IMG/VR virus record: IMGVR_UViG_3300015203_000021
Coordinates: 1-34,318 of that record
Source of the DNA: a virus
Lineage: Duplodnaviria > Caudoviricetes
Reading direction: 5' to 3' (one strand)
DNA length: 34,318 nucleotides
Program-made: the position numbers and the translations under genes
Shown here: one piece after another, positions 16,750 to 25,195 of the stretch
How the letters are laid out: each line of letters begins with the position of its first letter
How positions within the stretch are numbered: the first letter of the stretch is position 1
Notes under the pieces: model-generated
What the model saw: only the letters and a program-made list of their open reading frames with translations
The model's database searches: none
What the model was told of the DNA's origin: nothing

Positions 16750-17072
16750 ATTCTGAGGAGCTAGATAAATTAGAGGCATTGTGCAGGGCTGCGACGCCTG
16801 GACTTTGGACCTGCATCCGCAACACTTGGTACGATGGAATGCGTTTGGGGCAACACGAACTCATTGGTCCTAAATTCAACTATTCGCCCGACATCAACGA
16901 AGAAGAGCCAAAAGATGCTGCTTATATTTGCGCCGCCAATCCCCAAACTATTTTGAGGTTAGTGGCTCAACTGAGAAAGGCGTCGATGCTTGTACGTGTG
17001 CTGGAACAGTTTGACCATAATCCTTTGGCGAGGGATGCATTGAAAGCCTGGCGCGAGGGAGGCGGGGAATGA
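16746..17072 (+). CDS. Ead/Ea22-like protein
   Basis: LEALCRAATPGLW...DAAYICAANPQTILRLV; AAGGAG RBS. Confidence 0.7.
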   Translation: MNSEELDKLEALCRAATPGLWTCIRNTWYDGMRLGQHELIGPKFNYSPDINEEEPKDAAYICAANPQTILRLVAQLRKASMLVRVLEQFDHNPLARDALKAWREGGGE

Positions 17073-17133
17073 CCCACGGCGAACTCTTAATAATTTTTGT
17101 CATCTGTCTTTGGTTCTATTTAAGGACGCGCGA

Positions 17134-19122
17134 ATGAGCGGACAGCGTTATCTGATCGTGGATTTTGAAACGCGTTCCGAATGCGATTTAAAACGCGCGG
17201 GAGCGTGGGAGTATTCTGTGCACCCATCCACGCAAATCATTTGCGCGGCTTGGCGTGTTGGCACCAAAGAAGAATTATTAACCGCGCCAATTCATACCTG
17301 GTCACCTGCCACAAAAGATAGTAACCGCGTAAGTCTTCGCGCATGGTTAATGGATGAAAGTTTAAGGCTTGTCGCGCATAACGCGCTTTTTGAACAAGTA
17401 ATTACTCAGAATGTTTTATTTCGAGGTTACCCCTGGACACCGTGGCTCAACCCAAATCGTTGGATGTGTACCGCGGCTCAAGCCGCGAGCCTAGCTCTGC
17501 CCCGCGATTTAGAGGGCGCGTGCGCGGCTCTTGGTCTTCCCGTGCAAAAAGATATGGAAGGGCGCCGCTTAATTCTCAAGTACTGCAAACCGCGCAAACC
17601 TACCAAATCAAATCCGGATAAATGGCATTCGAAAGTTTCGGATTTAAAAAGAATTATAGAGTACTGCAAAACCGATATCGAAGCCGAAACGCATTTGTTT
17701 CTTAAGACCTATGAACTGAATGAAACTGAGCGCAAAGTTTGGTTACTAGATCAGCAAATTAATTTGCGCGGCGCGCGCGTTGACCGTGAGCTAGTGGAGA
17801 AAACCCTAGTGCTCATCGAACAAGAAACTAAAGTTCTCAACGCTGAGACGGTCAAGATCACCGGCGGTCAATTGTTTTCGACCACGCAAAATGTAGCTAT
17901 GCTTAAGATTTTAGATGGCCTTGTGCCCGATTTAAAAGCTAAAACGGTGGCAGATACTTTAGCAAATGGTGAAGGCGGTGCACTTGATAGGAGACTTCTT
18001 GAAATCAGACAAAGCATTTCGAAAACCTCGACGGCAAAATACGAAGCGTTTGAAGAAAGATCTAGGGCCGACGGCCGCGTCCGGGATACCCTGCTCTATC
18101 ATGGTGCATCGACTGGCCGGTGGTCAGGCCGTGGAATTCAACCTCAAAACTTCCCGAGAGGAACCATTCGTAATAGTGCACAGTCCAGCGAAGTTGTTAA
18201 AACTGAAGACCTGGAAACCATAAGGCTCCTTTACGGAAATCCCATGGAAGTTTTCTCCTCTAACCTAAGAGGGTGCATTATCCCGTCTGAAGGCAAAGAG
18301 CTTTTCTGCGGTGATTATAGTTCAATTGAAGCGCGCGTTTTATTTTGGTTAGCGGGTCATAAAGACGGATTGGCCGCTTATGTGGAAGGACGCGACCTTT
18401 ACAAAGAAATGGCCGTGAAAATTTATGGTAAGAAATTAGCCGACATTACCAAACCAGAACGTGAAGTTGGAAAGCGCGCAGTTTTGGGCTGCGGTTATAA
18501 CATGGGCCCAAAGAAATTTGGAGAGACGTGCGAAACGTTTGGAAACCCAGTGAGTGAAGAGTTGGCCCAAAGGGCGGTAAAAGCTTACCGCGAGATGCAT
18601 GAGGCCGTACCGCTTCTATGGAACGAAGTGGAAACCGTCGCCATTGGTGCAGTAAGGACCGCGCCAAATAAAACAGTTTACAAAAACACTTTCTCTAATG
18701 TCCGCTGGTTTGCTCGTAATGATTTTCTTTGGTGCGAGCTGCCTTCAAAACGCAAGCTCGCATACTACAAACCTGAAATTAGATCCAAGGCTACGCCTTG
18801 GGGCGAGAAACGGCCATGCCTTTACCACTGGAACCAAAACTCACTTACGCGCCAATGGGAATGCACCGGCACTTACGGCGGCCGTTTAGTCGAGAATATT
18901 GTTCAAGCTGTGGCTCGTGATTTTATGGCCGAAGCATTGCTTAGACTTGAGGCCGCCGGTTACGAAGTGTTGCTCTCAGTGCACGATGAGTTGTTGTGCG
19001 AGAGAAAAATCGGGGAAGGTTCAGTCGAAGAGTTCACCAAACTTATGGAAGAAAAAGCGCCGTGGGGCGTTTCTTGCCCGATCAAGGTTGACGCCTGGTC
19101 TGGGCTTCGTTATCGAAAGTAA
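17134..19122 (+). CDS. DNA polymerase, family A, with 3'-5' exonuclease domain
   Basis: Exo motifs DFETRS, AHNALFE, YCKTD; polymerase STGRWSG..QPQN, motif A DYSSIEARV, motif B REVGKRAVLGCGY, motif C VHDE. Start at ATG 17134 after TAAGGA. Confidence 0.95.
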   Translation: MSGQRYLIVDFETRSECDLKRAGAWEYSVHPSTQIICAAWRVGTKEELLTAPIHTWSPATKDSNRVSLRAWLMDESLRLVAHNALFEQVITQNVLFRGYPWTPWLNPNRWMCTAAQAASLALPRDLEGACAALGLPVQKDMEGRRLILKYCKPRKPTKSNPDKWHSKVSDLKRIIEYCKTDIEAETHLFLKTYELNETERKVWLLDQQINLRGARVDRELVEKTLVLIEQETKVLNAETVKITGGQLFSTTQNVAMLKILDGLVPDLKAKTVADTLANGEGGALDRRLLEIRQSISKTSTAKYEAFEERSRADGRVRDTLLYHGASTGRWSGRGIQPQNFPRGTIRNSAQSSEVVKTEDLETIRLLYGNPMEVFSSNLRGCIIPSEGKELFCGDYSSIEARVLFWLAGHKDGLAAYVEGRDLYKEMAVKIYGKKLADITKPEREVGKRAVLGCGYNMGPKKFGETCETFGNPVSEELAQRAVKAYREMHEAVPLLWNEVETVAIGAVRTAPNKTVYKNTFSNVRWFARNDFLWCELPSKRKLAYYKPEIRSKATPWGEKRPCLYHWNQNSLTRQWECTGTYGGRLVENIVQAVARDFMAEALLRLEAAGYEVLLSVHDELLCERKIGEGSVEEFTKLMEEKAPWGVSCPIKVDAWSGLRYRK

Positions 19123-19142
19123 AATAAAAAGGAGTGAAGAAA

Positions 19143-19409
19143 ATGAAAACAAAATATAAATTAGGTACGCTTGTTTCGTTCAATACGGATGAAGATACTA
19201 CCCACTATAATACGATTACCGGCGTTATGGTTTCAGCCGATGGGATCGACTACAAAGTTGATGACGGCACGTTCATTAATGAATCGCATATCACCAACGC
19301 TTACCGTCCGATGGCTATACGCAAAGCTAAACGTAACACCAAAAATGCGACAACCACGCCGGCAAAACGCACCCGAAAAACCAAAGCCGAATCAACATTG
19401 GGCTTGTAA
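19143..19409 (+). CDS. Hypothetical protein with small beta domain and basic Thr/Lys/Arg tail
   Basis: AAGGAG RBS; MKTKYKLGTLV...; C-terminal KAKRNTKNATTTPAKRTRKTK. Confidence 0.65.
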   Translation: MKTKYKLGTLVSFNTDEDTTHYNTITGVMVSADGIDYKVDDGTFINESHITNAYRPMAIRKAKRNTKNATTTPAKRTRKTKAESTLGL

Positions 19410-19415
19410 TCTCAA

Positions 19416-19439
19416 GGGGAGCACAAGCTCCCCGATTTT
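19416..19439 (+). terminator. Probable intrinsic terminator
   Basis: GGGGAGC-ACAA-GCTCCCC then GATTTT, 6 nt after a stop codon; U-tract is weak. Confidence 0.55.
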
Positions 19440-19441
19440 GA

Positions 19442-19522
19442 GAGCCGTTCTGATTTGTTCTAGGATTATCCAATTAAATGCCCCTCCCCCAATTGGATAA
19501 GGGGACGCTACCAGAACGGCTC
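19442..19522 (+). other. Nested inverted-repeat element (candidate structured RNA)
   Basis: Outer GAGCCGTTCTG/CAGAACGGCTC (11 bp) and inner TTATCCAATT/AATTGGATAA (10 bp). Confidence 0.6.
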
Positions 19523-19546
19523 ATAAAATATAAAGGAGACAATTGT

Positions 19547-19993
19547 ATGAATATTGCCGTAGTTTTTGGTTTAGGCGCTCCTGCAAGTGGAAATGGGCTT
19601 GCCGCATTCGCCGTTTGGTGTCAAGGCCTAGGCCACACTGTCGATATGTACGCAGCTCTAGATATCGTTCCTACAACGAAAAAATACGATTTACTTGTGG
19701 GGCATAGCTACGGCGCGGCTGACTGCATTGATTACGCAGCTAATGTCCCGCATAAAGTACAGCTACTTTTAATTGAACCCGTGCTTCATAACTGGTTCTT
19801 AAATCCATTTTATTGGTTAGGTATGTGGAAATTTAAACTTTCACTCAATGTCACTTCGTGTAAAACATTTTATACACACAGTTTTCCAATCTCGGCCCGG
19901 GTTACGGGTGCGTTTGAAACACCGATGTATGACTATGGGCACACGTCTATTTTGAAACCGGCGTTGGCCCAAATCCAGGCGGCGGGTTTATGA
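19547..19993 (+). CDS. Minimal alpha/beta-hydrolase
   Basis: AAAGGAG RBS before ATG 19547; VFGLG oxyanion-like motif, nucleophile elbow GHSYG, LLLIEP, C-terminal GHTSI. Confidence 0.7.
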   Translation: MNIAVVFGLGAPASGNGLAAFAVWCQGLGHTVDMYAALDIVPTTKKYDLLVGHSYGAADCIDYAANVPHKVQLLLIEPVLHNWFLNPFYWLGMWKFKLSLNVTSCKTFYTHSFPISARVTGAFETPMYDYGHTSILKPALAQIQAAGL

Positions 19994-20060
19994 CCTTTAA
20001 AGAATTCGCCGGATTTCTTCTCATGGCTCTAGCCATTTATTTAATGACAAGGAGTTTTTA

Positions 20061-20633
20061 ATGAAACGAATCTTAATACTTAGCGGTCGTCAAGGTAGCG
20101 GTAAGACATCCAACACGAAAGGGGTTGCTGATCTTGCGCGAGCTGAAGGTTTTACCCCCGTCTTTTTTAAATTTGCCGATGTGATTTATGAGATGCACAA
20201 CGCCTGTTTACCAGTTTTAAAGAAGTTCGGCATTAGGCCCGACGACATGGTGAAAGATGGTGAGCTTTTACAAGTTTTAGGCACAGAATATGGGCGCAAT
20301 CGCATTAGTCGCGATGTGTGGGCTAAAGCATGCAGACGAAATATAGACCATTTTTTAATGGCGTATTCTAACCCCGGATTGGCCGTAATCGATGATTGTC
20401 GTTTTGAAAACGAATTCGATTTATTCCCGGATGCTTTTAAAGTTAGACTCGACTGCGCTGAAGATGTGAGAAAAGCCCGGTGTTCTTATTGGCGCGAAGA
20501 TACCGCCCACCCATCGGAAACGGGTCTTGACGATTACGAACGCCGCGGGAAATTTGATTTAAAATGGAATACTGAATACGCAACGCGCGATGTGGTGTCG
20601 GCGGGTATTTGGGAAGGCTGGAAAAATTCATGA
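20061..20633 (+). CDS. Deoxynucleoside monophosphate kinase
   Basis: SGRQGSGKT P-loop, FADVIY, LLQVLGTEYGR, IDDCRFENE, HPSE. Confidence 0.85.
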   Translation: MKRILILSGRQGSGKTSNTKGVADLARAEGFTPVFFKFADVIYEMHNACLPVLKKFGIRPDDMVKDGELLQVLGTEYGRNRISRDVWAKACRRNIDHFLMAYSNPGLAVIDDCRFENEFDLFPDAFKVRLDCAEDVRKARCSYWREDTAHPSETGLDDYERRGKFDLKWNTEYATRDVVSAGIWEGWKNS

Positions 20634-20779
20634 AAAAGAATTTATCCGTAGATGACATCGCGAGTATTGTCGCTTTGAGCTTGTTTTTTGCTATAGCCCT
20701 ACCGCTCATTGCTAGCGGTATTTGGGTCAGTTGGCGGCTTGCTTACGCTGTCATCCACAATCCGATTACGCTCAAATAA
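20630..20779 (+). CDS. Small membrane protein, 49 aa (not in ORF track)
   Basis: MKKNLSVDDIASIVALSLFFAIALPLIASGIWVSWRLAYAVIHNPITLK; ATGA-coupled. Confidence 0.5.
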   Translation: MKKNLSVDDIASIVALSLFFAIALPLIASGIWVSWRLAYAVIHNPITLK

Positions 20780-20838
20780 ATACCGCTAGTTGTGCGATTG
20801 TTTACCATTTCCAATGATCGTTGTCGTATAATTAAATG

Positions 20839-21252
20839 ATGAAGATTTTAACTGCACTCTTAGTCTTAACATTATCTGCATGTGGAAAAGCGCCTGCTGG
20901 ATCTTTGCCGATCCTAAGTGCCATGACTTTATTACAGCCCGCACTTGAGAGCTGCCATACGTTAGAGAATTGGAACGGCCAAGAATCCTTGGGCTTTATG
21001 AATAAGAGCACTATGGTGCTTTTTGTTCAAGATCGCGTAAGTCAAATGGATTTAGCCAAATCGGAAGTTACTCCGATTGCTGATCAAGATATTTTAGTTG
21101 GAACTTTTTGCACTATTAAAATAAAAAACGAGATGGTGTCGGAAGTTATCTACCCCGAAGCACCATCCCAGGTTTGCGGGCCGGGCATATTTCAAGTTCC
21201 GTGTCCCCAAACACCAACTGAACCTATGCCGTGGCCGCCGACTCATCCTTAA
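20839..21252 (+). CDS. Lipoprotein with Pro-rich C-terminus
   Basis: MKILTALLVLTLSA|C lipobox; TATAAT (20827-20832) 6 nt before ATG 20839. Confidence 0.75.
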   Translation: MKILTALLVLTLSACGKAPAGSLPILSAMTLLQPALESCHTLENWNGQESLGFMNKSTMVLFVQDRVSQMDLAKSEVTPIADQDILVGTFCTIKIKNEMVSEVIYPEAPSQVCGPGIFQVPCPQTPTEPMPWPPTHP

Positions 21253-21533
21253 GATTTAAGTTCGTCGATCAAAGGCTGAGCTTCGCCAACAATCTTAGCT
21301 TTTTCAGCGGCGACAGCAACAGCAACGGCCGCATCTTGGTCGATTTGAGCTTGTGCTTTTGCAGCAGCTACCGCAGCGTCGATATCGGCTTGGGTGAACT
21401 GACCACCCACGGTGGGTACTGGCGTGTTAGCAACTTGGAAAGCTACGCCATCATCAAAGCATTGGCCTAACGCCGATACTTGGCCAGCGGCCAGGGTTGC
21501 AACTTGAGCTTGAACTGATTCGTCTTTGGTCAT
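21249..21533 (-). CDS. Ala-rich coiled-coil protein
   Basis: AAGGAG RBS; FTQADIDAAVAAAKA. Confidence 0.7.
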   Translation of the reverse strand: MTKDESVQAQVATLAAGQVSALGQCFDDGVAFQVANTPVPTVGGQFTQADIDAAVAAAKAQAQIDQDAAVAVAVAAEKAKIVGEAQPLIDELKS

Positions 21534-21543
21534 GATTTTCTCC

Positions 21544-22785
21544 TTAATTTAAACTGTTAATAATTGCCAAAAGTTGATTACTTATTTTTAATTTCAAAGC
21601 TGAAACTGCATCCGAGACGGATTTATCTAATTGCGCCTGAGTGTAGGTTACGGGAGTCGGTGTGACCGGAGGAATTACCGGAGGAGTTACGGGTTGGGTT
21701 GGAACGAAAGTCCCGTCATAAGTTACAATTGCCGTGGCGGTTGCTCCCGTGGCATCGGTTACTTTTACCGTGCAGACTCCCGCACCGCCCGAAGCGGCAA
21801 AGTTTCCGGCCCTCGAATCAATCCAACCAAGACCTGACGCAATTGAAAATACGTAGGGCGCTTGTCCGCCGGTTGCTGAAAATTGCACGCTACCGCCGGG
21901 AGAGGTGTGAGCAGTGGTCGGAGTCAGGACAATGGTTGAAACGGGAGTAGGTGTTGGTACGGGTATTGTTGCCACCACTGGAATAGTACCATAAGAAAAT
22001 CCGGAAATATTGGCATAGACATTATCGACAACCGTAATTGGAGGCACTGGGTTGTAACCTTGCCCCCACGGGTTGCGAATATTCATCGAGCCATCGGCGT
22101 TAAAGCCCGTGACTGTGTAGACGTGATTGCTCACAAGATTACGTCCAGCACCCGGAGGAGTGGACATGGTGACGGCTAATCCTTTGTCAAAGAGTGCTTT
22201 TGCTTGGGCAAGGCCCGCAGCTCCCTCACCGTATACATATCCCGCGGGGACACATCCAAGATCGGAAGCGACCGCCACACTGGAACCATAATCGAGACTA
22301 TGGAATGTATCAGTAACGGTGCGAAATGCAGCATAGGCTTTTTCCATGATCGTTGCCCAAAGTTCAGGCGAAGCCTGGTTAACTTGGTTTTCGATAGGGC
22401 TGATCATTAAATCGCAGTGAACGCGCGTAATAATCCCTTGGCGCTGGTACTGCACTAAAACCTGTTTAGGATTGGAGGGGTCGTAATAGACATTGGATTT
22501 AATAAGTGCCTGACCAGGGACACGCATCGCGAGAGCACCTAAGAAGGAAAGAAAATAACAATCGGCAATCTGGTCTTGGTTAATGCTTTCGATAGATACG
22601 GTAGAAAACAGCGGAATACCGTCCCCGGTAACTAAAGCACCAAGATCAAGCGGGTCGCCCGCTACAACATCAATGATTGTCGCGCCAGAAATATGCACCT
22701 CTTCAATGGCTAGGCCTTTGAGTGCATTTTTGGCGGCAAAGTGGTCAGACCACAGCTTGATTAGTTTCTGTTTTTCTGGGCGCAT
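21544..22785 (-). CDS. Calpain-like (peptidase C2) cysteine protease with Ig-like domain
   Basis: QDQIADCYFLS (Cys), ELWATIMEKAYA, NHVYTV (His), IRNPWG (Asn); Pro/Thr linkers flank a beta-sandwich domain. Confidence 0.85.
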   Translation of the reverse strand: MRPEKQKLIKLWSDHFAAKNALKGLAIEEVHISGATIIDVVAGDPLDLGALVTGDGIPLFSTVSIESINQDQIADCYFLSFLGALAMRVPGQALIKSNVYYDPSNPKQVLVQYQRQGIITRVHCDLMISPIENQVNQASPELWATIMEKAYAAFRTVTDTFHSLDYGSSVAVASDLGCVPAGYVYGEGAAGLAQAKALFDKGLAVTMSTPPGAGRNLVSNHVYTVTGFNADGSMNIRNPWGQGYNPVPPITVVDNVYANISGFSYGTIPVVATIPVPTPTPVSTIVLTPTTAHTSPGGSVQFSATGGQAPYVFSIASGLGWIDSRAGNFAASGGAGVCTVKVTDATGATATAIVTYDGTFVPTQPVTPPVIPPVTPTPVTYTQAQLDKSVSDAVSALKLKISNQLLAIINSLN

Positions 22786-22814
22786 TTATTTAAGGTAACA
22801 GTGTTTTTAGAAAA

Positions 22815-23729
22815 CTAAAGGGGCGGAAGGCCAAAAAGTTCCCAAAGCGTGAACTTATCAAAACACTGAATTCGGTTGCCAAATATTATGGCAAAACCGT
22901 TCATGGGTTCAGCGTACGTGTTGCGCTCGTTTCGAATATAATCTTGTAGTTCTACATCCGCCAAAGTTCCGACATCGCAAGCCTGGAATTTTCCACATTG
23001 CGAAATGGTCATGGCGCTGTGGTGCTGGTGGCCAGTTAGGATACTTTTTTGCCAACGGGTAGCAAGATCAGACGGAAGTTTGCCACGAATCTTAGAGTAC
23101 TGACGGGGGTGAATAACTTCAACTGAATCGTTTACAAAGCAAAAAGAGCGGCTCGTGACTTTGATTTTGGGGTCACTGTAGATCATCTGCATCATGCGTT
23201 TATACGAAACTTCGCCACCAAATTTGTGGACCAAACGCATATCGTGATTTCCGGCGTCAATATAAATTGCGTCGAAGTGTTCGCAGAGCATTTTGAGCAC
23301 CGCTTCAAAAGCATCTAGATCGTCTTCAAGATTGGACCGACGGTTAAAGTACTGACCCGCGTGGCGGGATATTTGGTTAGCGTCTACGTTGTCACCATTA
23401 AGCAAAATGTGCTTGACTCCAAAATGCTTGAACGTCTCGATTGCTTTCATGAGCCAAAGACCCGAATGAAGTGGCGCATGAAGATCGGAAATAACGCCCA
23501 CTAGCGGAGCGGTGATCTGTAAAATACCGTCCAGGTCACACGGACGCCAAGCGGTTGTGGCTTGCACCTGACCAAAGAGACTGTCACGTTCTTTTTTACG
23601 TAGAGTCTGCGGTGCGTATCCGGTTATTTCCTTTTCGCACTTAGCTGAACAATAAGGGAGTTTTCGGTCCACTGAGATGGGACCATTGCAAACGGCGCAT
23701 TCGACTGACTTTCGGTACAGTGTTGCCAT
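22815..23729 (-). CDS. Calcineurin-like metallophosphoesterase with N-terminal Zn finger
   Basis: CAVC..YCSAKC; SDLH, GDNVD, GNHD, IHP, GHQH. Confidence 0.85.
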   Translation of the reverse strand: MATLYRKSVECAVCNGPISVDRKLPYCSAKCEKEITGYAPQTLRKKERDSLFGQVQATTAWRPCDLDGILQITAPLVGVISDLHAPLHSGLWLMKAIETFKHFGVKHILLNGDNVDANQISRHAGQYFNRRSNLEDDLDAFEAVLKMLCEHFDAIYIDAGNHDMRLVHKFGGEVSYKRMMQMIYSDPKIKVTSRSFCFVNDSVEVIHPRQYSKIRGKLPSDLATRWQKSILTGHQHHSAMTISQCGKFQACDVGTLADVELQDYIRNERNTYAEPMNGFAIIFGNRIQCFDKFTLWELFGLPPL

Positions 23730-23737
23730 GCATCTTT

Positions 23738-23766
23738 ATTGTGGCCTGAATTTTTGAGATGCGCAA
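23738..23766 (-). promoter_or_regulatory. Putative sigma70-type promoter
   Basis: TTGCGC-N17-CACAAT, 8 nt before ATG 23729; no SD. Confidence 0.45.
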
Positions 23767-23771
23767 TGACG

Positions 23772-24200
23772 CTATTTTGTTGGGTTGACCGAATCAACTT
23801 TCACTTTAAATTTGGTGACAGCATCACTGCAGTTCATTTGCTTGCATGCATTGATGATGTAGGTCGCAAGTGGCGCGTACGATTCAACCGAGGGCACATA
23901 TACTGATTCAGCTTTAATCGCGCTCCAAGGCTTACCGTTGAGCCAAGATGCTTGCGCTTCGCCGACATACACTTGGTGTCCTGAAACGATATAGGTACAG
24001 TGTCCGCATTCGGGTTCGTTAATTGCGGCCACACACGCAGGACTCGGTTTTAAAACCAAATGTCCCGAGCCTAAATCTTGTGCCAAATGTTGTGCAAGTG
24101 CTTCACAAACGGGCACATCGGGGGGTTGGGGAGCGCAGCTAAGTAGTAACGCAAACAAACTCATTAAAAGCGGCAATTTCTTTTTGCTCGGCCTCGGCAT
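23772..24200 (-). CDS. Cys-rich lipoprotein, candidate o-spanin-like
   Basis: MPRPSKKKLPLLMSLFALLLS|CAPQPP lipobox; overlaps the 3' end of the upstream membrane-protein gene; downstream of the endolysin. Confidence 0.6.
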   Translation of the reverse strand: MPRPSKKKLPLLMSLFALLLSCAPQPPDVPVCEALAQHLAQDLGSGHLVLKPSPACVAAINEPECGHCTYIVSGHQVYVGEAQASWLNGKPWSAIKAESVYVPSVESYAPLATYIINACKQMNCSDAVTKFKVKVDSVNPTK

Positions 24201-24501
24201 AAACTTCGTTAGTTGCGTCGACAGGAAGATTTTCTTTATAAAATTTTGCATTGAGATAGTCTCCTGCTTGACCTGATTTTCGTAAAGAGGTGTTTAAGAA
24301 AAAAGCTTGCATGACGGACCAAGTGGAAATCTTATTTAAGACCCAAGTCAAAAAGGGGCCGAGAAACACTTTGGTGAACCAAGCGGCTACGGGCCCAAAG
24401 CCCGGCACAGCTAAGATCAGCCCCATTATATATGTTTGGGCGGCGGTTACGAAAGTCTGTCGTAGGTTCTCGACCAAATCCGTTATGTCGATGCTACTCA
24501 T
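24139..24501 (-). CDS. Membrane-associated protein, candidate i-spanin-like/lysis accessory
   Basis: Hydrophobic/amphipathic central region; coupled to the EEP stop; overlapped by a lipoprotein gene. Confidence 0.45.
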   Translation of the reverse strand: MSSIDITDLVENLRQTFVTAAQTYIMGLILAVPGFGPVAAWFTKVFLGPFLTWVLNKISTWSVMQAFFLNTSLRKSGQAGDYLNAKFYKENLPVDATNEVYAEAEQKEIAAFNEFVCVTT

Positions 24502-25115
24502 AATTTCTCGCATTCGAAACTCATCCACGGATGGTCAGATAGTCCGCGGCCTGTTTTGAAATCGGAGCATTTTAAGTCGCGAATGAAAACCATATCGAAA
24601 GTTTTCTTGCTATCGTAAGGAACCGAATTAAAGAATTCAAAGCCAAATTCATGGCACACCCGTTTTACTTCCGAGATATGCTCGGGTGTCCAGCTATTGA
24701 AATCTCCGGCGAATACGGCCGGACCCTGGGAGTTCATGGCTGAAAGCACCGCGCCCACGTGGTCAATTAAGTACTCAACGTCTTTTCTAGGCCACCCGTT
24801 ATAACCGTGCATCGATGCAAATTGAACACCATCAACGGTGCCAATAGCTGTGGCCTTTTTGACACCGATTAGGATCTCTTCGTGCGGGCTTAAAACGACC
24901 ATGGTGCGCTCAATCGGGAGAACCGAGTGAATGGTCGTACCGGTGGGCGAACCGCGCTTATCGAAGCTCTGAGCTAGAAACATGCTGTAAGGAGCGGCTA
25001 GCGTAGGATTTTCACTAAGCCAAAATTCTTGGAATAAAGCGACATCCGGTTTTTGAGCTGCCAAAATGCTGGCAGCTAAAGCCATTTTGTGGAGGTTCCA
25101 AGAAAGTATCAGCAT
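24498..25115 (-). CDS. Endonuclease/exonuclease/phosphatase (EEP) family protein, YafD-like
   Basis: ILSWNL, PDVALFQE, AGDFNSW, FDMVF.R, SDHP. Confidence 0.88.
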   Translation of the reverse strand: MLILSWNLHKMALAASILAAQKPDVALFQEFWLSENPTLAAPYSMFLAQSFDKRGSPTGTTIHSVLPIERTMVVLSPHEEILIGVKKATAIGTVDGVQFASMHGYNGWPRKDVEYLIDHVGAVLSAMNSQGPAVFAGDFNSWTPEHISEVKRVCHEFGFEFFNSVPYDSKKTFDMVFIRDLKCSDFKTGRGLSDHPWMSFECEKL

Positions 25116-25124
25116 AAATGCTTC

Positions 25125-25187
25125 GCGCGAGACGGGTGGCGTGTGGGGTAGGAGTGCGCTAGCCCCCGTACCAACCGCGTCTCGCGC
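25125..25187 (-). other. Long GC-rich intergenic hairpin
   Basis: GCGCGAGACG (25125-25134) pairs with CGTCTCGCGC (25178-25187), with further internal pairing (GGT/ACC, GGGG/CCCC, TAG/CTA). Confidence 0.65.
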
Positions 25188-25195
25188 AAATTGAT

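Noticed and set aside
20712-20789. 12-bp inverted repeat CTAGCGGTATTT/AAATACCGCTAG across a small membrane ORF (type I toxin-like fold-back)
   Set aside because: Single instance, no antisense promoter seen, and near chance expectation.
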